64,000 nt of DNA from Marsupella aquatica (Eukaryota > Plantae > Marchantiophyta). Below, in pieces: positions 48,238 to 61,480 of the stretch. The notes under the pieces are model-generated. The model saw nothing but the letters and a program-made list of their open reading frames with translations, was not told where the DNA came from and searched no databases. Positions within the stretch are counted from its first letter, which is position 1. The number at the start of each line of letters is the position of its first letter. The position numbers and the translations under genes were made by a program. The stretch is from the NCBI GenBank assembly GCA_973895155.1, contig OZ316892.1, forward strand, positions 26,311,233 to 26,375,232. Reading direction: 5' to 3'.

Positions 48238-50166
48238 TCAGCTGAGCGAGATGAATTTCTGCAGAGACTTTAGAAGACTCGGGGGCCAGTGTTTAGTTTC
48301 TTGGACCCAGACCAAGTCCGTGTATCGAGGATCCAGCAGCGTTGCAATCGTGAATTGCCTCTCTGCTGGAATTGTTGCATTCTTGTCTGCATATAACGCT
48401 GCTGCTAGAGCCGCATGTATTTCTGTGCAGCAGGAGCAATGGATTCCAGTGTCAGAGGTAGCAAACAGAAATAAATCTGCCTTGCAAAGAGCAGACTTGC
48501 ATATCTGCAGTAGGAGGAGCTTGACATGTAGAAGGTAGCCAACAAACCAAAACAAAAACAAAAACAAAAACATTACTTTGAGACCATACTACTTTTACAC
48601 TCGTAACTACTGTGTGGGACGGGAAAGAGCTTCGAGTGTTAATACCCAGAGGAGAACCAAAAAGCTCCTAAAGAACAGGGAACGAAAATCCCCAAATGAT
48701 TGCGTTTCGAAAGAATATATTAATTTCTATACGCTCCTAATTTCAGAGCAGCACGATCACGAGCTTAGAGTGAACACTTAGCCAGTAAGGATTTGAGAGG
48801 AAACCAAGAGTTTCTACGTCAACACAGGCCTACGCTGTGAGTGAAGTTCCTCAGAGGATTGGACAATCGAAGTTTCAAAATGCTCAGAGCAGTGTTGCTT
48901 TGTAGAAAATTGAAATCTGCGTCAATTTTTACCTGGGTAACCTTTCAGGCTAATGGACACATCCTCCATCTCGGTGATGGCTTGTACTCTATCCCCAACT
49001 TCGTACAAAGTGACAGCGTGGCCCACTCGAGCATATTCTGCTAAAGCCAGGTCCCCTGCCTTCTCCGTCACCTGGATGACCAAATTCCGAAGTTGGTCAA
49101 TCTATCCGCTAAAGAGATGGTCACCCAAGAAGCAATTTACCCACCAGTTGGTGGACTCAATTATCTCCTACCATTCCAAATCCAGCAGGGGTGCTACACA
49201 TAAGAAAGAGAGACACACAGGGCACTGCCCCGCTTTTATGCGCTAACCATCAATCCCTCTGAATTCATACTATTGAGGCAAAAAGAATTCAGAAGGAGCA
49301 TAAAACAATGAAGTAAGATAACAATGCATATTGTTAGAGTATAATTGTTGAGCTATCTGCATGTGCTAAAACAGCATTTGAAAGTTGTGCTTAGGTCAAA
49401 ACAGGCGATGGAATGCATGGAACAACGAATGGGATATGTTTCAGACGACCAGTGGCTCAATCTGGGGAGTGGGACAGATGATACATAAAACAATAAGGAA
49501 CTCATCAAGAGGCGATGATTTCCAATGTAGAAATTGACATCACTACATGTCAGTTGTTAAGCTGTCAGTGCTTTTCTGATTTTTAAAGTTTCAGTACCGC
49601 ATGATGACGAAATGCAAATTCTGAGGGAGCTATACCTCACTGAAGCAATCGAGAGCGGTGAAGAAATCTCCACGAGCTTGTGCAAGCTGGCCCTTTTCCA
49701 ACCATTCCACCGCTTCTGACACTCTCTCGGAAAAATCATCTCGGGCTCGTTGTTCTTGCCTCGACAGTAGAAACCCCGTAATAGGTCCCGTTGTGCTTTC
49801 GCTGTCCAACATCGCTAGGCTCAGCACTTCGGCAGCTGCAACAGGGGTTACAAGAATTGAAGACGCAATACACGCTCCAGCAACCCATTTCTGGAAACCA
49901 ATCGACATCACATTCTTGATGCAAGCAGAAGTGCTTTCTTTATTGATCATTCTTTCAATAGAGAACATGGGCAGGGAAAACTGTGCGGAATTCTCTCCAC
50001 GATTCCGAAAAGGGCGATTCCCGTTTCCGACTACCACCAGCTCCTGCTTTGGAGCATTTTTGCCACCGGAACACTTGCTAAGAGTGGAGCTCAGCCCCCT
50101 GATGTCTGAAAATGAACGTACCATCATACACGTACCATGATGACTTGGCACCATCACAGCTTGCAT
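48238..50166 (-). CDS. Plastid-targeted TPR-like protein, 284 aa, 3 exons
   Basis: Exons 50166-49636, 49071-48933, 48422-48238; GT-AG, phases consistent. Ser/Arg-rich transit-like N-terminus and a hydrophobic segment ending VAAA. Conserved-looking C-terminus EYARVGHAVTLYEVGD...EMEDVSISLKGYPEIHAALAAALYADK...LLDPRYTDLVWVQETKHWPPSL. Confidence 0.88.
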
Positions 50167-51104
50167 TTTTGCAAATCTGGCAAATTCGACAAAATGGGAG
50201 CAATGCGATGGTCCCTCCTCTCTACTAAATTGCTGAATTGTTAGACGCTTATGGTCTAAGGTTGCCGAGCAGGGCTATCATATTGGAAGAAAATTGCAAA
50301 CGCAAGAATTGTCACATCACGTCTCCCATTCTCGATTCACGAACTGCGTTCTTTCTCAAATGCTGCTGTTCAGCTCCAGTGCTGTTCTTTTCGTCAACTT
50401 GCCAATTTGCAATTCCACAGCAGATAAACACAACGAATGTGCTGAACGGACCGAGGGACAAAGTGAGAAATTGGTAGGCCTTCGGACCAAGTTGGCAAAA
50501 TAGCTTCCGCTAGTAGAATTCGAAGTTGGTACTGCTTTCAATTCTAAACAATAGATGAAACTTCTAAATCACTAGAGAGTTTGTGACTGATTGTTTGAAT
50601 TTTCTCTCTGAAACAGGGAGAGAAGGTACGCAATTTGGGCGAGGAAGACACGTTTTGACTACAGAGGGATCCTGACTGAAGCAATGGATGGCAACAGAGG
50701 GAAAAGTGGACAGAGAGTACGAAATTGACTCGAAGACTGTGTTTCCATCACAGACTGAAACAACAGAGCGGCGGAATTTCCGAGCGAGGACATGACTATA
50801 TGCGAACTGCTGTGAGGGTTTTCTCGACTGATCGATCTCGAGAGAACAAAATTCACAGACGAGAAGAGAGAGATTGAGAGGCAGAGTGTGAATGTCGAGA
50901 TTGGAGAGGCTGATGGAGGCCCACGCGTTTGGTTTCTGGCCTTGATAAAACAATCACAGCCGAGACACTTTTTTCTTAGCTTTACTGTAACATGTGTAGG
51001 CCGCGTAAATAGACTCTTGGCGAACCAAACAATGGTTGGAAGTGGCATCACATGCACAGTACCAAACTGACACGAATTAAATAAACTCCAGGCCAGCATG
51101 ATAC

Positions 51105-51398
51105 TATTGAAAAGCAAAGAGCCCAAAATGACACGAAACACATACCGTGCTATCGAAAAGCAAAGAGCCCAAAATGACACGAAATTCATACTGGCACAGG
51201 CTTTCACGAGCCCAAAATGACACGAAATTCATAAGGGCCCAGGTTTTCACGAGCCCAAAATTGCAAGGTTGATTGAGGCTATTGGTTTTAGAGTCTTCTG
51301 GCAGGTTCCCTTTCATGGCCCTCCCAGGCTTTCACCAGCCCCAAATTGTAAGGTTGAGGCTATTGGTTTTAGGGTCTCCTGGCGGGTTCTCTTTCATG
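51105..51398. promoter_or_regulatory. Tandem array carrying four site II-like motifs (TGGGCT on the - strand) upstream of the TPR gene
   Basis: GAGCCCAAAA at ~51119, 51165, 51208 and 51251, followed by a further ~75-bp duplication. Confidence 0.45.
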
Positions 51399-52697
51399 AT
51401 CCTCCTATGCGGTTTACTCTGGAGCTCTACTAGGCTTTTCAGTTCTCCACTCAGTAAGGTGTTAACCTTCAGAGTGCCTTTGTTGGTTACTTTTTGATCT
51501 TTGCTCCTTCATCGGCTTTTGGTTGGGGACCCCTTGGCTTGTTTTTCTTGGGGCCCTTTCCTCTCTTTTCCTCCCCTTCATTGGGTTGCTTTGCCATTGG
51601 GATCATGTCTCCCCTTTTGACAATTTGTTGCCCTTGGGCACTGTGATAAATTCATACCCCAATCCACCTTTCAGCTATCATAAGAGTATTCCCACCAATG
51701 CCCTCCATCCAAGTTTGGCATTGGGCAGACTACCAAGTCCTTTTTGTAGCCAAATTCTCCAGGAGAGAACTGGGTCGGATGGGCTCCCCACCCATACCAT
51801 ATGCATGTTCCACTGAGTCCTTTGGGCAGCACTTGACCACAGATTGTTTAACACGATCATGGCCAACTTTGTCACATTGGAAAACACAATCCGACTGAAC
51901 AGTAGGTGATCACCTAGATACGCGATCTTAACACCAGCATGATCTATTTAACATAATCTTTGAATCTAGGTCTGAAAGAAGTTAGCAAATGGATGTAAAC
52001 ATAAAAAGTGCATGTCAAAATATATGTAACTGGAAGAGCCAGAGTTATGCCCATCAGATAAATACTCTTTTTGTTTTCATGCAGTGCGTGCTTTCTTGGG
52101 GTGAGCCTCATTCTGGGAGTATTAGAGGTGTTCCTCTCAAACTCTGGCAAAGTGAGTGTGTGAGATTACAAATTGGCAGATTTGGAAAGCAAGGTGCTCG
52201 TTGGGAAAAGAAGTGGTGCGGATATGGGAGGTGGGTATCCAGATCATAATCTGGAGTAAGATTAGGTTCCATATGTGGCATGGCACCAAGGGTTGCATGA
52301 CTTTCTATGTCTGGGAAGGCAGGCAGTAGCTGGTCGGTCCAATGTGCTGAGGCTTGGATGCGAGGGTGGTCTATATAGGCTAAAGGACTATCAACCATTG
52401 TGGACTTTTGATCCACCCAGTTTAGTTTTAGTTGTGAAATTTGGTTTGGCTTACTATCTGTGCTCCAAGTGTGGTAGGTATAGTTTGCTTTTCTTTGCTA
52501 GCAGATGATAAATCCTTCTGGCCGGATTTTTGCCCTGGAACAGATTTTTGGATCTCAGTTTTTGCTGCCCTGGAACAGATATTCAAGTGGAGGCCAACCA
52601 TGATGTCCACTAATATTACATGGATTTTTTTGTAAATGCACCAAAAAATGCAGCTTGCATAAGTGGATTTCCACTCTAGTGCTTGCCAAAAAAGTTG

Positions 52698-53172
52698 TGG
52701 GGGAGGTGAAATCTGGCAAGATTTTGCATCTAAAAAAACATGCTGCTGTACACCATGACACATGGGTCCCGGTAACTGCACATCAAAATATGACATATAC
52801 GGTGTAGGATATCCCTCCATACCATGATAAGGCTCATTATTTTTAAAGGGGAGGTGAATCTGGTGAGATTTCACATCTCAAAAACATGCTGTTGTCCACC
52901 ACATCTCAGGGGCCGATAACTGCACATCAAAATATGACACATAATGTGTAAGGTATCCCTCCATACCATGATAAACCTCATTATTATTTTTAAATCAAGG
53001 AGTGCACACAATATATTACTCATTTTGATGTGTGATTACCAGCAGGGACACCACAGTCCATGACCATAGTAGGAGTAAAATGCTACAGTAGTTACCCTAA
53101 TACTCACATTTTGATGTGTGATTACCAGCAGGGACACCACAGTCCATGACCGTAGTAGGAGTCAAATGCTAA
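52698..53172. repeat. Two adjacent tandem duplications (~150 bp x2 and ~84 bp x2)
   Basis: ggggaggtga..tctgg...ccataccatgataa twice, then tactca..ttttgatgtgtgattaccagcagggacaccacagtccatgacc twice. Confidence 0.85.
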
Positions 53173-53246
53173 CAATAGTTAAGGTAATCCCCTGGTATTA
53201 AAAAACACGCTTGAGTAGACTACAGTCTTTGACTGTAGTAGGAGTT

Positions 53247-53254
53247 AAACCCTA
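53247..53254 (+). promoter_or_regulatory. Telo-box upstream of RPL13
   Basis: AAACCCTA ~280 bp before the ATG. The motif is known from plant translation-machinery promoters. Confidence 0.35.
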
Positions 53255-53524
53255 GTTAATCCCCTGGTACACTGACTTCCCAGACAGGCAGCAGCCTATC
53301 CTTTCGACGAAGCCGGTGGCGTTTATCCACTCGATGCCCACACAATCCATTCATCAGCTCCGAGGCAAAACACTCGAAAGCAGTGTACAATTCAGCACCA
53401 TTCTTCCGTTTCGAGCTTCGGCAGCTCGATCAATTGCACAAATCCCATACCCCGATTTCTCTGAGGATAACGAGAAGAGGGTGGAATCGACGAGAAACCA
53501 GGGGAGTGAGGGTGTGGAGTTGAT

Positions 53525-56500
53525 ATGGCCACAATGGCCTTGCACAGTGTGGCTCTGTCATCTTCTGGGCATGGCTCGAGAGCGGCAATGTCGTCCTCGT
53601 CGTCGTTCATGGGCAGAGGGTTGTCGGTCGCCAAGAGGGTGCAGGTCGTGGCGCAGAGGCCAGCTGCTGGTGTTCGGTGCAGCCAAGGTGCCTACATCCC
53701 TGCCGAGCACAGGTTTCTCTACGAAGGCATCGAGAAGAAGGGCCCTGTATGTTGTCTTTACTGACCTTCTCCTTTCTTCCACCGTCTGCGTTTCTCGTAT
53801 GGTGCTCCCTTTGTGTCTCAGTTCGTGATGGTGGGTCTTGAGAGAATGCGGCTTATGTTCGTAGCGTTGCAAAGCGATTTCCTCCTCCAATGGAAGGATT
53901 GAGCAGAGATCCCAAGGAGGGTGCTGCCACACTAAGCCTGACTCTAAAAATATGAATCGTTCATCCCATTTGAAAATTCAGAGATTTTGTGTTGACGGAT
54001 CTCCATTTTCCATCCTCTTTCCTTCAGAATGTTAGCGTCCTTGCCCCATTGTGTTCCTTCTGTTTTTATTGGTTCAGAGGGAATGCACCCAGTGCTCTTA
54101 AAATTTGCAATGACTGTATCTTGCCAACGACACTGAAGTATCCAAACGAAAAGGAAGGAGGAAAGTGGTTCAGATGACCTAGAAAGCATGAAATCATTCA
54201 GTCATTACTGTCTTTGACCTGTGCTCCATCAAGCGTAGGATCAACTAATTGAGCCCGAATTTTCCCGAGCGGACTGCATCCTACCTTCTGAATGGCTGTG
54301 CATGAAAACGGCGAATTTCCGTCAGGATCGTTGTAGCAGATCCTTACTGTGTCTAAAATCTAGGCTCGGCCACTATTTAACTGTTTTTAATGTCAACATA
54401 CGATGACTGCCATGCCCCAATCCAAATTGTCATGTGCCCTTTTTTTTGTTCTTGAAAAGCTTTTGGAGCAAATGTTTGTTTGAATCAATAGACTCGATGG
54501 AGACCTCATGAGTATCGTCCCGTAAGATAGATGCCTATGTGCTATCTTGTGTAAGTTAGTTTTCTGATTAAGGGGTTGAATTTCGTTCTGGAGTATTTCT
54601 TCTTTTGTAGCTTCTGCCTGGTCCCCATTTGTTACCCTAGAATCAAGTTGATATGTTTTTGCTACAAGAACTGTTCGGATTTAGACGCGCAAACTGGAAA
54701 TGTTCCGCCATGGGAAGTATTAGACGTGATTCATTATAGTACTAGTTCTGGCCACAATAGAGATACTGGCAATCATAGCTGAATTGAATTAAATACCAGC
54801 TGGTCGATTTCATGAATTGTAGAAGATTCACAGCTTCCGTAGAGTTATGTTTAGTGTGAAAGAATCCTCCAGCTTTGGTTCTTTCATTCCAGGCAAGGTG
54901 TCCGTCCTGGAAAGGTAGGAATCTTATGTGTTGTAGACAATCCATTCTTTAGCAAAGATCTGACAGTAAATTTTTTTCAGGATGTGTGGAACACGACATA
55001 CTACCCTAAAGCAGCGGACCACGTGAATTTGGAGAAGCAGTGGTACATCGTGGATGCTGCCGACAAGCGTCTGGGTCGACTTGCCTCAGCCGTAGCTGTG
55101 CACATTCGTGGCAAGAATATGGCGACGTTCACTCCCAGTATCGATATGGGTGCTTACGTAGTTGTGGTATGCTTTCAGACACTTCCTTACGGACTCGAAT
55201 TGCAGCCGTTCACTGATTCGACAGAGCAATTGCCAGCCAACAGTTTCTATGCCGGAGTTTGGTCCTGGTGTAACAGCCGGCTTCCCGCTATCAGAGTTTT
55301 TGAAGAAAGCACCGAAATAGCCTATCTCCTTTATGCACCAATAGCAGTATGTTGGAGCCTGGTCTGACCCAGCACCGATTGGGGTCTATGTCAGCATGCA
55401 GTATGGAGGATTTAAAAAAAATTGAAAGTAATAGTCGTTGCTCTATTAGATCATAAAAGTCGTCGACATATTGGGTCAGAGAAATTGAAATGAAACGCAT
55501 TAGGCGTATCCCGATAAAGCAGAGATTTGAAAGTGCATCGTAAGTGACCTCAGGATTTGAACATAGTTCTTTATCATAGCCAAAGTGCTTCTATTCTGTA
55601 CATTTGTAGTTGGTGGCCTTGTTTGTGAACGAGGGTTGACCCGGGCCTAAGTTTGGAGCTGGTTAAATGAAAATTCTAATGTTGCACTGGTACCTTTTAT
55701 GCAGATCAACGCAGAGAAGGTCGGAGTGACTGGTAAGAAGTCATCCCAGAAGCTTTACAGAAGGCACTCAGGAAGGCCTGGAGGAATGAAACAAGAGACA
55801 TTCGCTCAATTGCAGAAGAGGATTCCTGAGCGGATAGTCGAGCATGCCGTTCGAGGAATGCTCCCGAAAGGACGAGTAAGTCTTCTACTTCTGGTATCGA
55901 GAATTCTAAATACTTGTATGAAACGGGCATTTCTTCTGTTGCATGGTGTTTGGAAATTTGTTGGCTTGTTAGGGACTCGTGTGTGCCAATGTTTTTCTAG
56001 TTGCAGTAATTTTGTAGATGTTCACAGATTTCTTGATTTCAGGACGTAGACTTTGAAGATAGTCGTTGATGGGGAAGAGGGCTCTAGTACAATTAATGGA
56101 TTAACTGGATAGATGCCGCAGCACAGAGATAGGCTAACAACAATGTATCGTTAGAACGCTATATCAAGCTTTCTGCTCATGTTGTAATCGGTTTAAATAG
56201 CCCAATCGATTCTGGAATAAAATCTTTCCCTTTGCAGCAGTAGAGCAGCTGTAATCCTGGACAGCTGTTAGGTATACAGTGTAATCTTTTAGTCCGGAAA
56301 TCTGCTATAAATGGGGGAGGATAGATAGAGTATGTGGGAACAAGAAATTAGATATCTGGGCTTCCAGACTTTCCATAGCAGAGACCTGAAACCTAATATA
56401 AAAAGCTGGCCTCTCTAGAAAATATGCCGACTCAAGATTTGCCCCTCGTTGCACTTTGCTTGTCTCAACACAATGAGCACATTCTTTTGTACATCACTCT

Positions 56501-56774
56501 TTATCCTCTGCGGAGATTTTATGGCCACCAAGCCCAAATGCTGGCACTTTTTCATCGTTTGCGCTAGGAACAGAGAGGAGGTCATTCTCTGAAGACAGTT
56601 GATTGATTGAAATGGAAATTTTCATTAAACTGTTGGATGTTTTGGTTTGGTTTTCAGTTGGGAAGGCGATTGTTCACGCACCTGAAGGTGTACACTGGCG
56701 CCGAGCATCCTCATGTAGCCCAAAAACCACTTCCTTTACCTATTGTTGACCCGAGAATCAACATACCAGCTTAG
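53525..56774 (+). CDS. RPL13: Plastid 50S ribosomal protein L13 (uL13c), nuclear-encoded, 231 aa, 4 exons
   Basis: Exons 53525-53746, 54981-55166, 55705-55875, 56658-56774, all phase 0 and GT-AG. Transit peptide, then [16 protein letters not shown]...[23 protein letters not shown]...[12 protein letters not shown]...[29 protein letters not shown]. Confidence 0.97.
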
Positions 56775-57945
56775 CGTTGAGGAGAAATTAGTGGTACTTT
56801 CAAGAAACTGTTGCAACTATAAGGGGCTGGATTCACGGCGACTTCAGAGTACCGATCCATTACTGATTTCAGATCTGAGGTACTTTATAGTTCGAAAATT
56901 TCCGCTGTACATGTTGTACTTAGTCTGCAGCAATTTTCTGTGAGAAATCATCATTAAGCGCAATTTTTTCCAATTCTGTCCAAGACTTGTGTGCGTACTG
57001 TCCTTGTCTGGTACTAATTCTTTGCAACGTCGTCGTCCTGATTTGTCTTCTTTCACCAAAGTGAGTAACACATGAAGGCCATCTCTGTGGGTTCTTGTCC
57101 TTTCATTAAATGCTTCTTTTTGGTTTAGCAGTCATTTGACTGTCTGGCAGGCTATGCACCTTCTAGGAAGAGGAGTTTAATAAAGTGAGAAATGAAAATC
57201 TGCACATTGCTCTAAATCAGATTAAGTTCTTGAGCTTAACGAAGTATTACCCGAGTACGTGCTCGTCTTTCTGTGGTTTGTTACCTCTACATAATTCGAT
57301 GGATACTGGCATCCGGATAAGATCTCATGAATCGGGCAGTATTTTGAAGCCTTTTTAAGATGAGAAACGCGTGAAAAGACCGGATTTGTGCATTCTGGGT
57401 GAAAAGAGGAGTCCTGCCTTAGGTGCCTACAACTTTAAATAATGGTGCGATGAATCTTTATCAAAGTTGAGCATACTGGTCATCAACAAACTTGGTATTG
57501 TGAAGTGTGGTTGTAGGGTTATCACTTAATACCCTCTCCTTTGAGCAAGGTTCCATGGGTAGGGGCAGAGTATGAAAGTGCCCCAGGAACCTTGGAGCGA
57601 ATCACACTGCAGCATTAATTGCCTTTGTACTGGGGTGAGACGCAGGCATACTTATAGGGGGAGGAGGGAGTATTTTTGTCCCCATTTACTGGCCATGCCA
57701 ATTTCCCCCTCCCCTGTAGGATAGCTGCATGGCAAGCCTGTATTGGTCCTTTCCAGTAACTGAACCATTTAATGCGCATTTGGTACTGTCTGTGCTACAA
57801 ATGAACCACCATTTGAGAAGTGAGATCGCCATATTTTAGTCCCATTTTCCCTAAATCCTGCAGGAAGCTGGCATGGTGGAGGAGGGCACTGACCAAAATT
57901 AAGAAAGGATGAGCTTTAATGTTACCACTTAAAGTGTTCCTCTGT

Positions 57946-58171
57946 TTCAAGCCACAAAAAGTGGGGGCCATGGTTTAAGGGCCAACTCATATGTTATTGG
58001 CCCTTCAGAAAGCGGCCCTGAAACTTATACATGTTATGGTTAGAGTTGATGATATTGCTTCAAGCCACAAAAAGTGGGGGCCATGGTTTAAGGGCCAACT
58101 CATATGTTATTGGCCCTTCAGAAAGCGGCCCTGAAACTGATACACGTTATGGTTAGAGTTGATGATATTGC
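57946..58171. repeat. 113-bp tandem duplication spanning a MITE left junction
   Basis: 57946-58058 vs 58059-58171, near identical. Confidence 0.92.
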
Positions 58172-58476
58172 CATGCTGTATCCCACTCGCTAGGCAGGCC
58201 TGACAGCAGGTCTTATGGGCACCCAACGGCAAGCGCCGGAAAAGTCCCGGCCCTTGCAGGTCCCGACCTTTGCTTGGCTAATAAACCATAATTTGAACGT
58301 TCACAGTTTTGCGCAGCCTTGTATAATATGCTACACATACGACACAGCAGGGACAGGAGCCCCTTCGCGAACACAGCACATAAAAGCCACAAGGATTGAG
58401 TTGGTGGTGCTTTTTCCAAAAGTGTCGCAAGTGGTAAGGGCCGCATTTTGAAGGATCTCGACATGCAAGTTGGCCC
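58092..58476. mobile_element. Tourist-like MITE, 385 bp (left end also duplicated at 57979)
   Basis: TAA|GGGCCAACTCATATGT ... ACATGCAAGTTGGCCC|TAA. The subterminal ccttca.aa.gcggccct is also inverted. Confidence 0.75.
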
Positions 58477-58565
58477 TAAGTCTTTCTCTCTGTGTCTCTT
58501 GGGTCTAGGGTCCCTGTTGGATCCCTCTGTTGACCCCCCTTGTGATTACCCTGCAGAGATGCATT

Positions 58566-58638
58566 CTCCCTCCCAAGTAGATTGGCTATCCTGGCTATAA
58601 TGTCCCTCCCAAGTAGATTGGCTATCCTGGCTATAATG
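58566..58638. repeat. 36-bp tandem duplication
   Basis: tccctcccaagtagattggctatcctggctataatg occurs twice. Confidence 0.9.
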
Positions 58639-58860
58639 TGGGGTGGGTTCGCTTTCAGTTTCAAGTCAAAAAAAAATGAGATGGGTCTCCTTCTCTCTCT
58701 CGTGGTCTTGGGCCCCTGTTCGATCCCTGGGTTGACCACCCCTTGTGGTTACCCTACAGAGATGCATTCTCCTGTGTGGGATGGGTCTGCTGTCAGTTTC
58801 AAGGGACAAAAAAATGGAGCATGATTTCATCCCGGGATGACCGTCAAAGAAGTGGCCTCA

Positions 58861-59136
58861 AACGAGCTTCTCTCTGCTGCGAACTAATTGGCTGTCATAA
58901 AAAATACTGAATCAAAGCAAAGCATATTGAACTCCATAACTCGGGAACTTCCAGCTGATTCCTCTAGAGCTTCCCCGGCCTAAGAAAATCAACTTTTAAC
59001 GAGCTTCTCTCTGCTGCGAACTGATTGGCTGCCCTGAAAAATGCGGGATCAAAGCAAAGCAGATTGAACCCCATAGCTCGGGAACTTCCAGCTGATTCCT
59101 CTAGAGCTTCCCCGGCCTAAGAAAATCAATTTTTAA
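58861..59136. repeat. ~137-bp imperfect tandem duplication
   Basis: aacgagcttctctctgctgcgaact...ccggcctaagaaaatcaa occurs twice. Confidence 0.9.
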
Positions 59137-61293
59137 ACCCTCGTTGGCTCACACCGCATCAACCAATATCTCATGTCCATAACTGATTCCGACGCACACT
59201 ATGACACCGACAGTCCCGTACTCCTGAAAAGTAAAAAAATCAAATTGAATCTGTGCTTCTGACAGCATGGAGTCCGTATCGGATTCTCATCCTCGAAAAA
59301 CGAACTTGCAGACAATTTTCGAATTTTCGAATTTTCGAAGTACTTCATTTTACCGTATCTGAAACATTAAAAACCAATTTTGCACACCGCTCCATGAAAC
59401 GAAGGCAAATCCACGAGAAACTACAGAAGCTTCCTTGACGGCAAGGGGATCCGCGTTGCATTCGCATTTGATGAGGAGCTACGTGCTTGATGGATGGTAA
59501 TTTGTATTTCGTCAATTTCTTCTCTCTGTTCGCCTGACAGCGCCTTTCGCTGCTACGTACGAGACCAGTGAACGGCAAGGCGGCCTTCAGGACCTTTGCA
59601 ACTGTTATTAGTATGTACTTGCAGCGGTGCGACATTCAAGAGAATGCTCACGGGGGAATGTTTTCATTCGGGCGTTTCCTCTCCTTAGAATCCAATGCTC
59701 AACATGTTTTTTGGGTTTTGTTCTTGACCCAAAGGACCTTCATTCGAGCCACATCTTTCCGTACGACATGCTTTCAACAGAACTTTGCTTTTTTCTAGCT
59801 TGAAGGTTTACTTGTTTATCTCCACCCTGTTCCTGCTATGCAAGTGGTTATTCCATATCGCAAGTCGGTGTCTCAAAGGTGTCAGTGCTTTAAGAGGCCG
59901 CCATAAAAATTGAAAGTTCCTACAAGTCTGATGCCATGAGTAAGAGAAATGCTGCAAAGAAGGCAGACCTACACAAAACTCCCTTTGCTCAACCTAGGGA
60001 CCACGCACTTTAATGTCAGATATCGTTTGTTGGAGTTTGTTGGTGACTAACAGAAAAAGTTTCTACAATGAGTAGCTCCAGCAAGATTCTTACCCCAATC
60101 ACCAGCACCGCGGCTTCTATGACTTGTCTTACTGGCTTATCGAAGAATGGCTGACTCACTGGTTGCTCAGACAGTCAGCGACTAGAAATCGTTTGCACCA
60201 CTGCATGCTTTGGTGCTCCTTATCATTCCTTGAAATCTCCGTGCTGTTAATTGTAGCTGCTTCCTCAATTATTCAGGAGAGCTGGACAAATATCAGTTTG
60301 CTGTTTAACATGCGAGCTCTCAGACTAGCTAGGAAGGTACTCGGGAAGGTATAGATAGGGGCATCTGCATGTTGCCTGGTCGTATATAAAGCATCTGTGT
60401 TCTTCTCAGTTATGAGAGAAAAAGTTCGATCAACCCACCCTAAAGCATTTCACCTTGATTTTTAAGGAATTTGACTTAGTGTTGCTTGCAGAACTAGTTC
60501 TACTTGCACTAGACACTTGGCCGTGAAGTTATGTTTACAGGTCAAAGCCTGTCGAAATTCTACTTCCCTACGTGGCCGATGCAGATCGATGTCGGATGAA
60601 TAATTGGCACATTATTTGGTTCTGGGCAACTATCCCATGCAGCAAGTACATGCAAGTCCTGCGGCGGAGATCTTGAAATCTTTTTGAACACTTTCTCTAC
60701 CAGAATAGTCAGGTGAAAGAATTTGGAAATGAGTATCTTTCTTTGCATCCGGACGTTACGGTTCCAGACAGTGGTGCCCATTTATTGAAATTTCTGCTTC
60801 TGAAAAACTACAGAGGTTTAAATTGCGAGACGCACAGCAGAGGTCATTAATGGGAGGAGGTGAAGTAGCAACGCAAAGCAACGAAGATTAGGATTGTGCA
60901 AGGCCACCGAGGCCAACAATCAATGGCTAAGATCAGGGCTTCTCAAACTCTAACTAATCAGGGCAGCAAACTCCTGTCCTGAACTGTATTTGCACCAGAT
61001 CCAGAGATAGAGAGATGGAGGTGACGAATCAGCTGCACTGCTTTTGGGTTGGTTGCAAGCATAATTGTGCACTTAAAAGCTCTAGATGATTACGTTACTG
61101 TGACGAGGTGACTTATTACATAGCTTGAGGGTTGCTGAGACACGGCTCCTTGGTGACAGATTGTGCTTGTACCGGAAACAGCAGGAAGAAGGCAATTCCT
61201 TTTCAATTGGTTGTTTTGTAGCTTTTGTAGTACCTAACGTGTGGAATTTCCACTGCATGCGTTGTTCAAGTGTCTCAGTGACCCGTTCGTTCA

Positions 61294-61480
61294 AGTCATG
61301 AACAAACTTTTGGTACTGAATGTCTGAAGCAAAATGGAGAAGACATAGAGAGTGCTGGGTCACTTTATGGAGGCCCAAGTTTTGAGAGTCATGGACAAAC
61401 TATTGGTACTGAATGTCCGAAGCAAAATGGAGAAGACATATATTGAGAGCGCTAGGTCACTTTATGGAGGCCCAAGTTTG
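61294..61480. repeat. ~95-bp imperfect tandem duplication
   Basis: agtcatg.acaaact.ttggtactgaatgtc.gaagcaaaatggagaagacata...ggaggcccaagttt occurs twice. Confidence 0.88.

Noticed and set aside
49658-50140. 160-aa + strand ORF, and similarly 53316-53828
   Set aside because: Shadow ORFs overlapping real exons on the opposite strand or in another frame.
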